A stretch of 62,218 nt of DNA, filler included, from Nemertoderma westbladi (lineage: Eukaryota > Animalia > Xenacoelomorpha): the NCBI GenBank assembly GCA_032718475.1. It is 3 parts of 3 records of this genome, joined end to end, with 100 filler letters (N's around TTAATTAATTAA, not from the genome) between each part and the next. Parts side by side here need not be neighbours in the genome. Positions count along the whole stretch, not along the records: positions 1 to 31,788 come from JAUCBJ010003579.1; 2 more parts are not named here. One strand, given 5' to 3'. Under the pieces are notes generated by a model. The model was not told where the DNA came from, did no database searches, and saw nothing but the letters and a program-made list of their open reading frames with translations. This document shows, in pieces, positions 15,901 through 26,843 of this stretch; position 1 is the stretch's first letter, and the number at the start of each line of letters is the position of its first letter. A program made the translations under genes and the position numbers.

Positions 15901-18900
15901 CTAATATCAGTCAATGTGCTAATATCAGTCAATGTGCTAATATCAGTCAATGTGCTAATATCAGTCAATGTGATAATATCAGTCAATGTGCTAATATCAG
16001 TCAATGTGTTAATATCAGTCAATGTCCTAATATCAGTCAATGTGCTAATATCAGTCAATGTGCTAATATCAGTCAATGTGCTAATATCAGTCAATGTGTT
16101 AATATCAGTCAATGTGCTAATATCAGTCAATGTGCTAATATCAGTCAATGTGTTAATATCAGTCAATGTGTTAATATCAGTCAATGTGCTAATATCAGTC
16201 AATGTGTTAATATCAGTCAATGTGCTAATATCAGTCAATGTGCTAATATCAGTCAATGTGCTAATATCAGTCAATGTGTTAATATCAGTCAATGTGCTAA
16301 TATCAGTCAATGTGCTAATATCAGTCAATGTGCTAATATCAGTCAATGTGTTAATATCAGTCAATGTGCTAATATCAGTCAATGTGCTAATATCAGTCAA
16401 TGTGCTAATATCAGTCAATGTGCTAATATCAGTCAATGTGTTAATATCAGTCAATGTGCTAATATCAGTCAATGTGCTAATATCAGTCAATGTGCTAATA
16501 TCAGTCAATGTGCTAATATCAGTCAATGTGCTAATATCAGTCAATGTGTTAATATCAGTCAATGTGCTAATATCAGTCAATGTGCTAATATCAGTCAATG
16601 TGTTAATATCAGTCAATGTGCTAATATCAGTCAATGTGCTAATATCAGTCAATGTGCTAATATCAGTCAATGTGCTAATATCAGTCAATGTGTTAATATC
16701 AGTCAATGTGCTAATATCAGTCAATGTGCTAATATCAGTCAATGTGCTAATATCAGTCAATGTGCTAATATCAGTCAATGTGCTAATATCAGTCAATGTG
16801 TTAATATCAGTCAATGTGCTAATATCAGTCAATGTGCTAATATCAGTCAATGTGTTAATATCAGTCAATGTGCTAATATCAGTCAATGTGTTAATATCAG
16901 TCAATGTGCTAATATCAGTCAATGCGTTAATATCAGTCAATGTGCTAATATCAGTCAATGTGTTAATATCAGTCAATGTGCTAATATCAGTCAATGTGCT
17001 AATATCAGTCAATGTGCTAATATCAGTCAATGTGTTAATATCAGTCAATGTGCTAATTTCAGTCAATGTGCTAATATCAGTCAATGTGTTAATATCAGTC
17101 AATGTGCTAATATCAGTCAATGTGCTAATATCAGTCAATGTGCTAATATCAGTCAATGTGTTAATATCAGTCAATGTGCTAATATCAGTCAATGTGTTAA
17201 TATCAGTCAATGTGCTAATATCAGTCAATGTGCTAATTTCAGTCAATGCGTTAATATCAGTCAATGTGCTAATATCAGTCAATGTGTTAATATCAGTCAA
17301 TGTGCTAATATCAGTCAATGTGTTAATATCAGTCAATGTGCTAATATCAGTCAATGTGCTAATATCAGTCAATGTGTTAATATCAGTCAATGTGCTAATA
17401 TCAGTCAATGTGCTAATATCAGTCAATGTGCTAATATCAGTCTATGTGTTAATATCAGTCAATGTGCTAATTTCAGTCAATGTGCTAATATCAGTCAATG
17501 TGTTAATATCAGTCAATGTGATAATATCAGTTAATGTGCTAATATCAGTCAATGTGCTAATATCAGTCAATGTGTTAATATCAGTCAATGTGCTAATATC
17601 AGTCAATGTGTTAATATCAGTCAATGTGCTAATATCAGTCAATGTGCTAATTTCAGTCAATGCGTTAATATCAGTCAATGTGCTAATATCAGTCAATGTG
17701 CTAATATCAGTCAATGTGCTAATATCAGTCAATGTGCTAATATCAGTCAATGTGTTAATATCAGTCAATGTGCTAATATCAGTCAATGTGCTAATATCAG
17801 TCAATGTGCTAATATCAGTCAATGTGCTAATATCAGTCAATGTGCTAATATCAGTCAATGTGCTAATATCAGTCAATGTGTTAATATCAGTCAATGTGCT
17901 AATATCAGTCAATGTGTTAATATCAGTCAATGTGCTAATATCAGTCAATGTGCTAATATCAGTCAATGTGCTAATATCAGTCAATGTGCTAATATCAGTC
18001 AATGTGTTAATATCAGTCAATGTGCTAATATCAGTCAATGTGCTAATATCAGTCAATGTGTTAATATCAGTCAATCTGCTAATATCAGTCAATGTGCTAA
18101 TATCAGTCAATGTGCTAATATCAGTCAATGTGCTAATATCAGTCAATGTGTTAATATCAGTCAATGTGCTAATTTCAGTCAATGTGCTAATATCAGTCAA
18201 TGTGTTAATATCAGTCAATGTGCTAATATCAGTCAATGTGCTAATATCAGTCAATGTGTTAATATCAGTCAATGTGCTAATATCAGTCAATGTGCTAATA
18301 TCAGTCAATGTGCTAATATCAGTCAATGTGATAATATCAGTCAATGTGCTAATTGCAGTTAATGTGCTAATATCAGTCAATGTGTTAATATCAGTCAATG
18401 TGCTAATATCAGTCAATGTGCTAATATCAGTCAATGTGCTAATATCAGTCAATGTGCTAATTTCAGTCAATGTGCTAATATCAGTCAATTTGCTAATTTC
18501 AGTCAATGTGCTAATATCAGTCAATGTGCTAATATCAGTCAATGTGCTAATATCAGTCAATGTGCTAATATCAGTCAATGTGCTAATATCAGTCAATGTG
18601 CTAATATCAGTCAATGTGCTAATATCAGTCAATGTGCTAATATCAGTCAATGTGCTAATATCAGTCAATGTGTTAATATCAGTCAATGTGCTAATATCAG
18701 TCAATGTGTTAATATCAGTCAATGTGCTAATATCCGTCAATGTGCTAATATCAGTCAATGTGTTAATATCAGTCAATGTGCTAATATCAGTCAATGTGCT
18801 ATATCAGTCAATGTGCTATATCAGTCAATGTGTTAATATCAGTTAATGTGCTAATTTCAGCCAATGTGTTAATATCAGTCAATGTGCTAATATCAGTCAA

Positions 18901-19721
18901 TGTGCTAATATCAGTCAATGTGCTAATTTCAGTCAATGTGTTAATATCAGTCAATGTGCTAATATCAGTCAATGTGTTAATATCAGTCAATGTGTTAATA
19001 TCAGTCAATGTGCTAATATCAGTCAATGTGCTAATATCAGTCAATGTGCTAATATCAGTCAATGTGTTAATATCAGTCAATGTGCTAATTTCAGTCAATG
19101 TGCTAATTTCAGTCAATGTGCTAATATCAGTCAATGTGTTAATATCAGTCAATGTGCTAATATCAGTCAATGTGCTAATATCAGTCAATTTACTAATTTC
19201 AGTCAATGTGCTAATATCAGTCAATGTGCTAATATCAGTCAATGTGTTAATATCAGTCAATGTGCTAATATCAGTCAATGTGCTATATCAGTCAATGTGT
19301 TAATATCAGTTAATGTGCTAATTTCAGCCAATGTGTTAATATCAGTCAATGTGCTAATATCAGTCAATGTGCTAATATCAGTCAATGTGCTAATTTCAGT
19401 CAATGTGTTAATATCAGTCAATGTGCTAATATCAGTTAATGTGCTAATATCAGTCAATGTGTTAATATCAGTCAATGTGCTAATATCAGTCAATGTGCTA
19501 ATATCAGTCAATGTGCTAATATCAGTCAATGTGTTAATATCAGTCAATATGCTAATTTCAGTCAATGTGCTAATATCAGTCAATGTGTTAATATCAGTCA
19601 ATGTGCTAATATCAGTCAATGTGCTAATATCTGTCAATTTGCTAATTTCAGTCAATGTGCTAATATCAGTCAATGTGCTAATATCAGTCAATGTGCTAAT
19701 TTCAGTCAATGTGCTAATATC
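958..19721. repeat. Satellite array, 18-bp unit AATGTGCTAATATCAGTC, ~1040 copies
   Basis: Directly visible periodicity. Variants include GTT for GCT, TTTC for TATC, GCGTT, and occasional 17/19-bp units. It accounts for all ISVNVL, ISQCAN and TDISTL ORFs. Confidence 0.99.
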
Positions 19722-20039
19722 CACATACATCAGTACAATATACATTCATACCTATGTTAAATATTATTTGCTTTATTATAAAAGTTTTTACTCAGTCAAA
19801 TAATTTTTTTATTTTTTTTTAATTCTTCTTTTTATTTAATTCTTATTTTATTTAATTCTTCTACTGTCTGCCTGTCTTACAGTATTGATGGAATGGCGTT
19901 GCGGGAAATACTAACCAGTTTAACCAGTAAACAACAAACTATCACATACGCCCCTTTATACCAGACAATCAATTCCGCAATTAGGCTTTTTATCTTATTT
20001 ATTACGTCTTCTGACGTCATTAACCCGATGTCTGGCGTG

Positions 20040-20303
20040 TGATCGTCATACCTTGCATTATAAATGTATGAACGCTAATAACTCAGTCAATCGCTGATGA
20101 AATGGAACCAAACTTGGTGCACATGTAGTTATCAAAAGCTTATAAATTAATAACACATACAGACTTCTATAGTTCCTCTATTCAGCCGCTAGGGGGCGAA
20201 TTGTAAGAAACCTCGAAGTAGCTATAATTAGAGAATAACCTACCATCAAATTCTTTTAAAATTTGTTAGGCGTCCCCAGGTCCACTAATTCTACTGCCAC
20301 GTA
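20040..20303 (+). mobile_element. HINE/DINE-like core fragment preceding the 54-bp array
   Basis: Homologous to 629-773 and more loosely to the ~146-bp subunits at 22.8-24.1 kb. Contains CCGCTAGGGGGCG. Confidence 0.55.
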
Positions 20304-22014
20304 AAAAGGCCCCACGGACGTTATACACTACGGACTCAGTCTATACCTCGTGCTGCGCGACGGCCCCACGTACGTGTTACTCTACGGACTCAGTCTATGC
20401 CTCGTGCTGCGCGAAGGCCCCACGTACGTGTTACTCTACGGACTCAGTCTATGCCTCGTGCTGCGCGAAGGCCCCACGTACGTGTTACACTACGGACTCA
20501 GTCTATGCCTCGTGCTGCGCGAAGGCCCTACGTACGTGTTACACTACGGACTCAGTCTCTGCCTCGTGCTGCGCGAAGGCCCCACGTACGTGTTACACTA
20601 CGGACTCAGTCTATGCCTCGTGCTGCTCGAAGGCCCCACGTACGTGTTACACTACGGACTCAGTCTATGCCTCGTGCTGCTCGAAGGCCCCACGTACGTG
20701 TTACACTACGGACTCAGTCCATGCCTCGTGCTGCGCGAAGGCCCCACGTACGTGTTACACTACGGACTCAGTCTATGCCTCGTGTTGCTCGAAGGCCCCA
20801 CGTACGTGTTACACGACGGACTCAGTCTATGCCTCGTGCTGCGCGAAGGCCCCACGTACGTGTTACACTACGGACTCAGTCTATGCCTCGTGCTGCTCGA
20901 AGGCCCCACGTACGTGTTACACTACGGACTCAGTCTATGCCTCGTGCTGCGCGAAGGCCCCACGTACGTGTTACACTACGGACTCAGTCTATGCCTCGTG
21001 CTGCGCGAGGGCCCCACGTACGTGTTACACTACGGACTCAGTCTATGCCTCGTGCTGCGCGAAGGCCCCACGTACGTGTTACACTACGGAGTCCGCATAT
21101 GCCTCGTGCTGCGCGAAGGCCCCACGTACGTGTTACACGACGGACTCAGTCTATGCCTCGTGCTGCGCGAAGGCCCCACGTACGTGTTACACTATGGACT
21201 CAGTCTATGCCTCGTGCTGCTCGAAGGCCCCACGTACGTGTTACACTACGGACTCAGTCTATGCCTCGTGCTGCGCGAAGGCCCCACGCACGTGTTACAC
21301 TACGGACTCAGTCTATGCCTCGTGCTGCGCGAAGGCCCCACGTACGTGTTACACGATGGACTCAGTCTATGCCTCGTGCTGCGCGAAGGCCCCACGTACG
21401 TGTTACACTACGGACTCAGTCTATGCCTCGTGCTGCGCGAAGGCCCCACGTACGTGTTACACTACGGACTCAGTCTATGCCTCGTGCTGCGCGAAGGCCC
21501 CACGTACGTGTTACACTACGGACTCAGTCTATGCCTCGTGCTGCGCGAAGGCCCCACGTACGTGTTACACTACGGACTCAGTCTATGCCTCGTGCTGCTC
21601 GAAGGCCCCACGTACGTGTTACACTACGGACTCAGTCTATGCCTCGTGCTGCGCGAAGGCCCCACGTACGTGTTACACTACGGACTCAGTTTATGCCTCG
21701 TGCTGCGCGAAGGCCCCACGTACGTGTTACACTACGGACTCAGTCTATGCCACGTGCTGCGCGAAGGCCCCACGTACGTGTTACACTACGGACTCAGTCT
21801 ATGCCTCGTGCTGCTCGAAGGCCCCACGTACGTGTTACACTACGGACTCAGTCTATGCCTCGTGCTGCGCGAAGGCCCCACGTACGTGTTACACTACGGA
21901 CTCAGTCTATGCCTCGTGCTGCTCGAAGGCCCCACGTACGTGTTACACTACGGACTCAGTCTATGCCTCGTGCTGCGCGAAGGCCCCACGTACGTGTTAC
22001 ACTACGGACTCAGT
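20304..22014. repeat. Minisatellite, 54-bp unit GCCTCGTGCTGCGCGAAGGCCCCACGTACGTGTTACACTACGGACTCAGTCTAT, ~31 copies
   Basis: Direct tandem periodicity, giving an 18-aa period in all three + frames. There are no unique spacers. Confidence 0.98.
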
Positions 22015-22015
22015 A

Positions 22016-22320
22016 CTGGTTGGTCCTCCCTGCGAAATCAATGTCATGTAAAGCAGAGGCGGCTCTTTTCAATTGTCAATCTTGTAGGGAGTAATGCGAA
22101 ACCTCCAATGTTATATATAGTTTCTTGTTGGAGATGTGTGAATTGTACTTGACACAATAAACCCGAGGTAGCATTCACAACTGTGTGCCAACCCTATTGG
22201 TGTCCTCGGCAGGTAGTGCCCAACAAGGACTCCCATATGTGAGTAATTGCTCTCGTGCTGCTCTAAATAATCGAACTTTTTTTCCGATGTATTCTATGTG
22301 ACAGCCCATTCAATACTGAC
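22016..22320 (-). mobile_element. Diverged RTE LINE fragment
   Basis: Aligns by eye with 47220-47530 (CCTCCAATGTTATATA..TTGGAGATGTGTG..TTGTACTTGACACAAT..GGACTCCCATA..GCTGCTCTAAATAATCG). Confidence 0.8.
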
Positions 22321-22695
22321 AATGCATTCCCCTAATTAATAAAAATAATGCACTCTATCTACAAATTTTGCCCCCCCCCCCCCCCCCCCCCCTTGGTCCT
22401 TTGCTAACAATCTGCTGTAATTGAGACTGGACTGTCAGCATTGTTGCCTGCATATGATAAAGCGTCAGATAAAACTTAAAAATTAATTACAATGAACCAA
22501 AAGCCCTGGTGAATCCTATAAATAATACAACTACAGTAAGCATCTATATTAATATTTGTCATTGTAGGCTACTGTTGCTTGTATGGTAATGTTGTACTGT
22601 ATGTTCTCGTGTAGGTTTGTGGGGCGAGCCACGAAGTTGGCGGAGCCTTAGCGAATTGACACTGTTAGGGGGTGGGTCAATTTATGCAAATAGTT

Positions 22696-22719
22696 GTCGT
22701 CGTCGTCGTCGTCGTCGTT

Positions 22720-22758
<39 letters not shown>

Positions 22759-22766
22759 GTCGTCGT
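22696..22766. repeat. (GTC)n microsatellite
   Basis: About 23 trinucleotide units with two GTT interruptions. Confidence 0.97.
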
Positions 22767-22884
22767 TACGATTTTGACATGCTAATAACTTTGTCGGATT
22801 TAAAGCTGCCAAGTTGAAAATTTGTAGGTATCAATATGAGCAAAAGTTGAGATTTTTGAGAGACTTTCAGACACCATCAGTGCA

Positions 22885-24090
22885 ATGGTCTCCCGCTAGA
22901 GGGCCACATGTCTAAACATTAAATGGCCACCCATTTCTTTGCTTTTAATCCGTTTAAGCTGAAACTTGGGAAGTATGTACTAGACCATTAGCTGTAAATT
23001 TCAAAGGAGGCTAATCTGTCTGCAGTTCTCCAGTCTGCCGCTAGAGGGCGAAATGTCCCGAATGTGAAATTATTCTTCCATTTAGTTGTTTATGATCTGA
23101 TTAAGCTGAAACTTGTCATATATGTACTAGATGACATCCTGAGTCTTTGTGTGGATTGTAATCGGTCCGAAGTTTTCCAGTCTCCCGCTAGAGGGCCACA
23201 TGTCTAAACATTAAATGGCCACCCATTTCTTTGCTTTTAATCCGTTTAAGCTGAAACTTGGGAAGTATGTACTAGACCATTAGCTGTAAATTTCAAAGGA
23301 GGCTAATCTGTCTGCAGTTCTCCAGTCTGCCGCTAGAGGGCGAAATGTCCCGAATGTGAAATTATTCTTCCATTTAGTTGTTTATGATCTGATTACGCTG
23401 AAACTTGTCATATATGTACTAGATGACATCCTGAGTCTTTGTGTGGATTGTAATCGGTCCGAAGTTTTCCAGTCTCCCGCTAGAGGGCCACATGTCTAAA
23501 CATTAAATGGCCACCCATTTCTTTGCTTTTAATCCGTTTAAGCTGAAACTTGGGAAGTATGTACTAGACCATTAGCTGTAAATTTCAAAGGAGGCTAATC
23601 TGTCTGCAGTTCTCCAGTCTGCCGCTAGAGGGCGAAATGTCCCGAATGTGAAATTATTCTTCCATTTAGTTGTTTATGATCTGATTACGCTGAAACTTGT
23701 CATATATGTACTAGAAGACATCCTAAGTCTTTGTGTGGACAGTAATCGGTCCGGAGTTTTCGAGTCTGCCGCTAGAGGGCGAAATGTAGGAAAGTGATAA
23801 CCTTCGCGAATTCCTTGATCTTAATCTATTTAAGCTGAATTTTGGAATATACAGTACCGGTATTTACTAGACCACATGCCTCGTCTTTGTGAGGAAGGTG
23901 ATCGATCCGTAGTTCTTTAATATGCCGCTAGAGGGCTAAATGTATGAAAGTGAAAACCTTCCAACATTTCGTTATTTATGATCCGTCAATCGGAAACTTG
24001 GTAGATATGTAATAGACCATAGGCTGTGGCTTTGTAGGGAAACTAATCCTTCCTTCTTCAGTTACCCAGTCTCCCGCTAGAGGGTTAACG
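22885..24090. repeat. Internal tandem repeat: 292-bp dimer of two ~146-bp subunits, 3 near-identical dimers plus degenerate subunits
   Basis: TCTCCCGCTAGAGGGCCAC recurs at 22889, 23181 and 23473 (292 bp apart). TCTGCCGCTAGAGGGCGAA falls midway between them. Confidence 0.95.
22889..24088 (+). promoter_or_regulatory. Nine co-oriented CTCF-consensus-like motifs CCGCTAGAGGG(C)
   Basis: Motifs at ~22889, 23034, 23181, 23326, 23473, 23618, 23764, 23922 and 24070 match the CTCF core CCRCYAGRGGGC. Binding is not shown. Confidence 0.5.
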
Positions 24091-24569
24091 TTTTCCGGGA
24101 AAATCTTCTCCTATGTTTTTATAATCCTTTCGAGTTGATACTTAGCATTAACTCATTTCACGTGCTGCGCGAAGGCCCCACTTCGTGTTGGTTGATATAT
24201 TGTAGGTAGGTGAAGGAGTGAGGCTTACTAGTACATCACTGTAAAGCATATATTATTATTGATCTACATTTTTTGCTTCTGTGCTGGAAACAATTAATCC
24301 TAATGAAATGTATAATCATGTACTTACTATAGTACTGTAGTTTATGGCATAATTAATGTGAATTATACTCACAGCATGTGTATAGTTAAGTCCTTCTGCA
24401 CATTGGAGAATTACTCATCTATTACTCTATAGCTAAAGTTTGGTAAATTGGTTATGAGATTGTAGCAGTTGAGAGTATGTGAGTCAGGCAACAATCCAAG
24501 TCCATTGCATATAATATTATTCCAGATTGATAGGCCGGAATTGAATTGAAGTGAATTAAATTGGATTGA

Positions 24570-26120
24570 AGTCAAGGAAATCCTGCCAAGTACCTTACTG
24601 ATCTAGTGATCTATTTCTAGTGATCTAGTGATTTATTTCTAGTGATCAAGTGATCTATTTCTAGTGATCTATTTGACAGTTAACTTTGAAAGTCCTCAGC
24701 AAGTCTCTGACCGGTTGAGCATAAGCTCAAAGGACGGTATGCTTGAGCATTGGACGACTTCTGTTACCTGGGATCATGGATCCGGAAGTCAGGTGAGGAC
24801 CTTCGAATACGTAAGGGAAAGGCATGGGCAGCCTTGAACAGGCTTTCCAGGATTTGGAAGTAACATAGAATTAATCGGAAACTTAAGGTCCGATTATTTA
24901 GAACAGCAGTAGTTCCAGTACTCCTCTGTTAAAGCTTTTGCGGCAAAAATGTGTCGTTTTTGTGCCATGCGCGAACTACTCTAAAAACTGACATTATCTC
25001 CAGAGATTGGAAAACGTATAAATCTTATGCCCTCTAGCGTTTATTTTGGTACAAAGCTATAATGACGAAATCACCAGCCATTGGCCAGCATTTCTCTTTG
25101 TCCTGTATGCTCTATGTTATTTTCCGTCCAATCAGCACGATTTTCACTTTACGATTTATCAAGGCCTTGTTTACATATGAATAAGCCGCAGTGCGACAAA
25201 ATGATTCATTCTGACTTCTACCCGAGACCATCCGTGGCCAGACTGCCAGAGGGTTATCATCCACAATATATTATCTCTTGTACTTCACTACTGCTGTACT
25301 TACGGCAAACATCTGACTGCTGATTGAATGCCGGCACCGCATATTTTATACTGTTATTCATTGTTGTTTGGTAACATATTTAATGGATGCTTTTATTTTG
25401 AGAATACGTACGAATAATCTATAATCCTAATTAACTAACTAACTTTCTTTATTATTACGAGGTAAGCAGAAGGGAATATTAGTAACAATTGCTTGGCTCA
25501 AATTAGAGTGGTCTGTATGATATTTATGCTATTTCATAACCCCAACGTAAGTGAGCTAAATTTATCCTTATATATGAGTAAAATTGGTAACAGTCGGCAA
25601 ATTAACGTGTTTCAGTACTATTGTCAGTAAAGTGAGTGTGAGCGAATAATTCTACATTCCTAAAGAATTGATAACCGTGATGTTCCATAACCCCCCGTTG
25701 TAATTAGTATAAGTCATAACTCGGTCTGATATTTAAAGCGCAGCATCTAAAGGAACTGTTGGTATTGCCCTGAAAATAAGCATAGTTTTTAGAGATTATA
25801 TAGTAGAGATCAATCGAATAATACAAAGTAGCCTATCCCATTCTCGGCTATAGAATTCAGTCTCCCACACACAGTGGGTCATACGCCGCGCTAGACTGGC
25901 TTCTGCTGTGGTCATATTTTGTACGGGCTGTCAGACATCATAAGACACATAAATTAACAGGTTAAACTGTTAAAGGTCTAAAAGCGCGAACATCCTCTAT
26001 GGGAGTCCATGCTGGGCTCTAACTGCTGAGAACAATTTTGTCAAAAAGCCGGCACAGCATTCTTAATATATATGTAATATATATAATGCAGCTGCTGCTG
26101 CAATGCAGCATGCCGATCGC
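24570..26120 (+). mobile_element. RTE LINE copy, internally deleted and interrupted by a solo LTR
   Basis: 24570-24926 and 25993-26120 match the reverse complement of the 47-kb RTE copy, joining as CCAGTACTCCTC | TATGGGAGTCCATGCTGGG. Confidence 0.9.
24927..25992 (+). mobile_element. Solo LTR (1066 bp) with 5-bp TSD TCCTC
   Basis: TGTT...AACA termini. TCCTC occurs at 24922-24926 and 25993-25997, and removing the insert restores the RTE sequence. Homologous to the LTR at 58843. Confidence 0.88.
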
Positions 26121-26582
26121 AGTAATATCAAAAGGAAATATTTTTGCTCCGGTGTCCCCGGCGAATATGCCCCCAACCGCCAACAGCGGCGTGGAACGCC
26201 TCCCTCCCTATAGATTTAATAATACTGTTGATTTTGATTTATTTTATTTTATTTGATTTATTGGTTAATTGTTTGGTTAGGTTTAGTTGGTCAGGCCCAA
26301 ACCCTAATTAAAACTGTCATGTAACCATAAATCATAAGGCTGGGTATAGTGAAATTTTGGACCCTTGGCATTGGCCCTAAGCCTACCACAGTATTATTAA
26401 ATCAATAAGGAGGGTGGCGTTCCACGCCGCGGTTGGCGGTTGGGGGCATATTCGCCGGGGACACTGGAGCAAAAATATTTCCTTGATATTACTACGATCG
26501 GCGTGCTGCATTGTAGCAGCAGCTGCATTATATATATTACATATATATTAAGAATGCTGTGCCGGCTGGTCAACAAAATTGC
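26033..26582. repeat. Inverted repeat, ~195-bp arms (26033-26228 / 26388-26582) with ~160-bp spacer
   Basis: The arms are reverse complements. ORFs 26038+ and 26397- share SRHSILNIYVIYIMQLLLQCS. Confidence 0.93.
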
Positions 26583-26843
26583 ACCGCCACAACTCCCTAT
26601 CACCCATGTTATTTGCTATCATCCGTATCTTCAAGGCCAGTGTCCTTTAAGATGCGTCTCAAGAATGTCATGGGCTGTCCACCATGCTTATTCACTCCAT
26701 GAGGCTGCCAAAGCACAAGATTATGCACTGGCTGGTCCTCACGGCGAAAACAATCTCGTGTAATGCGGAGGCGGCTTTGTTCTAGTGTAAAGCTTACAGG
26801 AACCAATGAGACACCTCCGATGTTATATTGTATCTGGTTGGTG
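26495..26843 (-). mobile_element. RTE LINE 3' fragment fused to the Gypsy integrase
   Basis: Encodes YNIGGVSLVP..LEQSRLR..CFRREDQPVHNLVLWQPHG, nearly identical to the 47037 ORF. Confidence 0.9.

Larger units (their letters stand above)
22618..24189 (+). mobile_element. Complete Helentron-associated (HINE/DINE-1-like) element with microsatellite and internal tandem repeats
   Basis: 5' end TGTGGGGCGAGCCACGAAGTTGGCGGAGCC, then (GTC)n, then 146/292-bp internal repeats, then 3' end CGTGCTGCGCGAAGGCCCCACTTCGTGTT. Both termini match the element at 41977-42587. T-rich junctions, with no TSD seen. Confidence 0.75.

Noticed and set aside
958-19721. Telomeric repeat
   Set aside because: The array is internal, flanked by ordinary sequence on both sides, and lacks G-run strand bias.
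953-19803. Giant ORFs of (ISVNVL)n, (ISQCAN)n and (TDISTL)n
   Set aside because: Artefact of an 18-bp stop-poor unit. Several frames on both strands are open, 17/19-bp monomers shift frames freely, and there are no non-repeat domains.
20304-22152. CRISPR array or repeat proteins in the 54-bp array
   Set aside because: The units are fully repeated with no unique spacers, there are no cas genes, and all three + frames are open by chance.
22617-22817. Protamine-like poly-Arg ORF
   Set aside because: It is a translation of the (GTC)n microsatellite within a TE.
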